Shown here: positions 54,245-57,062 of the stretch, one piece after another
How positions within the stretch are numbered: the first letter of the stretch is position 1
Layout of the letters: every line of letters starts with the position of its first letter
Program-made: the position numbers and the translations under genes
DNA from: a virus
Lineage: Duplodnaviria; Caudoviricetes
Direction: 5' to 3' (one strand)
Virus record (IMG/VR): IMGVR_UViG_3300031623_000006
Span: 1-57,062 of that record
DNA: 57,062 nt
The notes under the pieces: generated by a model
Database searches by the model: none
What the model was told of the DNA's origin: nothing
Seen by the model: the letters and a program-made list of their open reading frames with translations, nothing else

Positions 54245-54678
54245 GGCAAGAGCACCTGTTCGCTTTCTATCGCTGCGATGTCATCCAGCAGATCGGGGTT
54301 GTGCTTGACAGCTTCCATCAAACACGCCTGCCGGAAATCGCCATCCGTTGACAACAGTTTCACCGCAAGTTCCGTGACGCACGCCTTGAGGTCTTCCTCA
54401 TCCACTTCACTCAGGTCCATTGCCGACGCATTTCGCGTGTCGTACATCTCTCCAGCCTGAAGCAATATCTTGGCCCAATCGATCCGGACCCTTGGGTTCT
54501 CACCCATCGCATCTTCGTGGCCCTTAATCAGAACCTGTCCGATGGCTTGCTCTGGACCTCCCAATTCCTCGAACAGCGCATTCAGGCCGGACATTACGAC
54601 CGACTCCTCGCGCGCCCGGTTTTTAGACCGATCCGCAGCTCGCTCAAATGCTTTTAAGATGGTTGTTTGATTTGCCAT
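54241..54678 (-). CDS. Putative terminase small subunit
   Basis: Helical 145-aa ORF overlapping the terL start; DLSEVDEEDL motif; call rests mostly on position. Confidence 0.55.
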   Translation of the reverse strand: MANQTTILKAFERAADRSKNRAREESVVMSGLNALFEELGGPEQAIGQVLIKGHEDAMGENPRVRIDWAKILLQAGEMYDTRNASAMDLSEVDEEDLKACVTELAVKLLSTDGDFRQACLMEAVKHNPDLLDDIAAIESEQVLLP

Positions 54679-54681
54679 ATT

Positions 54682-54719
54682 AAAAATGCGGACGACGCAC
54701 AGAGGCGCACGTCCGCATT
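54682..54719 (-). terminator. Hairpin plus T run between capsid and packaging genes
   Basis: Perfect 10-bp stem AATGCGGACG/CGTCCGCATT (54685-54694/54710-54719), ending in a T run on the - strand. Confidence 0.6.
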
Positions 54720-54741
54720 CCAGAGAAGAGAGTCCAATGTG

Positions 54742-54882
54742 TTACTTGTTGCCCTTCTGCTTCGTCGTGCGATTCGTAGCCTTGGCAATCTTGTCGCCGC
54801 TGGATACGTTGCTGATCGGCGTCTTGGGCAATCGTGGAGAACCCTCACCAGAGTTCTTGCTGACTTTCTGTTTCTTGTGCAT
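54742..54882 (-). CDS. 46-aa Lys-rich basic peptide
   Basis: TAAGGAG site; hand translation MHKKQKVSKNSGEGSPRLPKTPISNVSSGDKIAKATNRTTKQKGNK. Confidence 0.6.
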   Translation of the reverse strand: MHKKQKVSKNSGEGSPRLPKTPISNVSSGDKIAKATNRTTKQKGNK

Positions 54883-54893
54883 ATGGGAACTCC

Positions 54894-55442
54894 TTAGAAC
54901 CGGCAGTCAACGAATCCACGGAACAGAGTACCGGCTGCCGTGCCTGAAGCAACGACTGCCAGCGATTTCCCGCAGCGGAACAACGTGTCCTCTGCATCTG
55001 CAGACGCTTCGGCGTAAACCACCGCGCGACCGGATGCACCCAGAGTCAACAGTTCGTCAACGGCAACGGCAGTTCCGGTAGTCGAAAGGAACTTGGCTGG
55101 ACCGTAATAGAACAGAAGGAACGTCTCAGCAGCAGCGACGGTTCCAGTGATCCACGGATCAACGACACCGGCTGGCAACTGCGTCGAACCAATAGCAGCC
55201 AGACCGTCAACTTCCATGCCAGGACCGTTGGTGGCAGTGTCCCATCGACAAAGCGCACCGGGTGCCAATGTACCGCCACTGCCATTCAGGACAATACGCG
55301 CGTAGGTCGGCATTCCCGAAAGAATCGGATTGATACCGACAGAGTTGCGAGTCTGATCGGTGAAACGAGCAACCGAACCAAGCCGAGTCGTCTTGGTAAC
55401 CCGATTCGTTGTTCCAATCGGAAAGTCTGTAATGTATTCCAT
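54894..55442 (-). CDS. Putative capsid decoration or cement protein
   Basis: Directly downstream of the capsid gene; AGVVDP.....V......F.L...GP pattern. Confidence 0.6.
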   Translation of the reverse strand: MEYITDFPIGTTNRVTKTTRLGSVARFTDQTRNSVGINPILSGMPTYARIVLNGSGGTLAPGALCRWDTATNGPGMEVDGLAAIGSTQLPAGVVDPWITGTVAAAETFLLFYYGPAKFLSTTGTAVAVDELLTLGASGRAVVYAEASADAEDTLFRCGKSLAVVASGTAAGTLFRGFVDCRF

Positions 55443-55489
55443 CAGATGTACCCTTGAATGTTAATGGGACGATATTTAAGAGACGAGCA

Positions 55490-56626
55490 TCAAGCGTAGG
55501 CTTTGTACTTCGTGAAGAACTTGGGCTGGAATCGCAAGTTGCCGTAGGTTCGGGCGTAGTACAGGTACGACGCCTTGCTCTTGCTCCAGTCGGGACCGTT
55601 CGCCTTAATCAACTGGCTGAACAGGCAGAACATGTCCATCTGGCTCGGTGCGATTCCGTAGCCCGTACCAACGGGCGTGTCGGATTCGTAATGAACCATG
55701 TCACCTTCAAAGTTCATCGTGTTGCCAAAGCCAAGATTCGTGGCTTCGGCGTGCGGAACGTACATCCGCAACTTGGCACTGTAGTAGGACAGGAACTGTT
55801 CGTAGAGGTCTGTCGCCAGCATGTGCATGAACGGGATGCCTTCGTTGGCGTCCATCGCACCACGGGACGACTGAGTGATACGGGCAAAACGCAAGACGTC
55901 TTCCGCGTTGTCCACCCATGCCGCAGACGCACTCGGCCATGCCGTCGAACTGGTGTTGACGAGCAGCGGCGAGAGGTAGTCGTATTCGGCACTGCCGGTT
56001 CCGTAGGGCCAGTCCGTTGCCACAACAGCGTTCGGGGAAGTCGATAGGTCGGAAGACCACGTCCCCTCAGCGCCGGGCGCTGTGCTTTTTCCGCCGTAGG
56101 TGTCGGCCGGACGTGCAATTTTGTCGGCAGCAACCGTTGCGGCATCATCACCCGTGAACGACTCGATTCCGTGGAACCTGTCAGCGTTCGCGGCAGTGTA
56201 GCCATCGACGTACAGTTCGCCGTACAGCTTCTGTTGAACACTCTTGGCGAGACGAGCCGACTTCGCACGATAGTAATTCGTGATCTGAGTCGCGCCCTTG
56301 TTCATCTCCATTTTCTTTTCGGTGAGCATGTCGGTGGCGCGATAACCACGCACATCGAGAGTCAACTGCTCTTCCGCATCGTGTTCTTGGAAATCCAAGT
56401 CGCCGCCATCAGGTGCCTGTTGCACATCCGGCTGGCTCTTTTCCACGTTCCAAACACAAGCGAATGAGCTTGCGTTGTACTCAACTCGACCGTATTTCTG
56501 AATCATCCCAAGCCACAGACGCTTGCGAAACGTCAGGTCTGAGACCTCTTTGAAGAACTTTGGCGCATTGCCTTTGGCAGCAATGAGTGATTCTTCGGTT
56601 GTCGCCGGAACGAGATTGACTGCCAT
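55490..56626 (-). CDS. Major capsid protein
   Basis: 378 aa; N.G..QI, L...L..DG...GIES, NLGF..M.FEG and Y.NL...P motifs; lies between scaffold-like and decoration-like genes; AAGGA site. Confidence 0.8.
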   Translation of the reverse strand: MAVNLVPATTEESLIAAKGNAPKFFKEVSDLTFRKRLWLGMIQKYGRVEYNASSFACVWNVEKSQPDVQQAPDGGDLDFQEHDAEEQLTLDVRGYRATDMLTEKKMEMNKGATQITNYYRAKSARLAKSVQQKLYGELYVDGYTAANADRFHGIESFTGDDAATVAADKIARPADTYGGKSTAPGAEGTWSSDLSTSPNAVVATDWPYGTGSAEYDYLSPLLVNTSSTAWPSASAAWVDNAEDVLRFARITQSSRGAMDANEGIPFMHMLATDLYEQFLSYYSAKLRMYVPHAEATNLGFGNTMNFEGDMVHYESDTPVGTGYGIAPSQMDMFCLFSQLIKANGPDWSKSKASYLYYARTYGNLRFQPKFFTKYKAYA

Positions 56627-56637
56627 AGCTTAGTCCT

Positions 56638-57062
56638 TTATCCCTGCTGAGAGATTGAGTCGTACAAGTCTTCGTAATGAACGGAAGGCTGGACCTCAGC
56701 CAATGCCGCAGCCTCAGCAATTGAAACATCGCTGTTTGTCAGCCGGTTCTTGTGACCGTTACTCTTCGCTGACTCAACGAACTTCTCTCTCTTCTCTTGC
56801 TTTGTCGGAGACGGGTCTTCCGGTGGTTCCTCGACGGGAGGAGTTGCCGTAACATTGGCAGCGGACTCGCCAGCGAATTCCAGAATTTGGATTCTCTGCT
56901 TGTCGGTTGCCTTGCTGTACTCAACTCCAAGTAGATTTTCAGCCTGAGACATCGCCGCGCTGTGTGCTGCACCCTTATCACTCAAGTGCGCGTACCCGGC
57001 ACTGTCGCGGAGAACCTGTCCGGCTTTATCGACTTGATACATGCCATCGGACAACATGCGCT
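56638..57062 (-). CDS. C-terminal part of a putative scaffolding protein (5'-truncated)
   Basis: Frame is open to the window edge; helical with a P/E-rich linker; immediately upstream of the capsid gene. Confidence 0.55.
   Translation of the reverse strand, partial: RMLSDGMYQVDKAGQVLRDSAGYAHLSDKGAAHSAAMSQAENLLGVEYSKATDKQRIQILEFAGESAANVTATPPVEEPPEDPSPTKQEKREKFVESAKSNGHKNRLTNSDVSIAEAAALAEVQPSVHYEDLYDSISQQG

Larger units (their letters stand above)
1..57062. mobile_element. Tailed phage or prophage genome segment (Caudoviricetes-like, integrase-encoding), truncated at both ends
   Basis: Terminase, portal, capsid, tail tube, replication initiator and loader, RusA, XRE regulator and tyrosine integrase are all present; no host housekeeping operon is seen. 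Confidence 0.95.

Overview
The whole window reads as a large part of a tailed, probably temperate bacteriophage or prophage genome, cut inside genes at both ends. The host is inferred to be a planctomycete from the style of its RimI, CsrA, trypsin-thioredoxin, Tat-signal and Cys-rich proteins. Layout on the + strand: (1) 1-6.9 kb, an array of about 20 small early genes separated by families of repeated, often hairpin-forming spacers; (2) 6.9-9.3 kb, an XRE regulator, a TIGR-Tas-like RNA-guided locus, csrA and a RimI-like acetyltransferase; (3) 10.6-18.6 kb, recombination and replication genes (circularly permuted PD-(D/E)XK exonuclease, Sak4-like ATPase, SSB-like protein, O-like initiator, Mom-like DNA modifier that starts with a tRNA-like fold, DnaC-like loader, HNH, RusA); (4) 18.7-40.5 kb, late genes (lipase, nuclease and protease cassette, tail proteins, Cys-rich protein, glycosyltransferase, methyltransferase); then a tyrosine integrase. 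On the - strand, 41.9-57 kb is a converging head and packaging operon (scaffold, major capsid, intein-containing terminase, portal, large internal virion protein). The top finding is at 7280-8572: a dual-repeat array of 37-38 nt units, each with two 8-nt variable spacers, on both sides of a nuclease-less Nop/IS110-like gene. This matches the architecture of a TIGR array with a TasA-type protein. All product calls come from motif recognition by eye; no database search or folding program was run.
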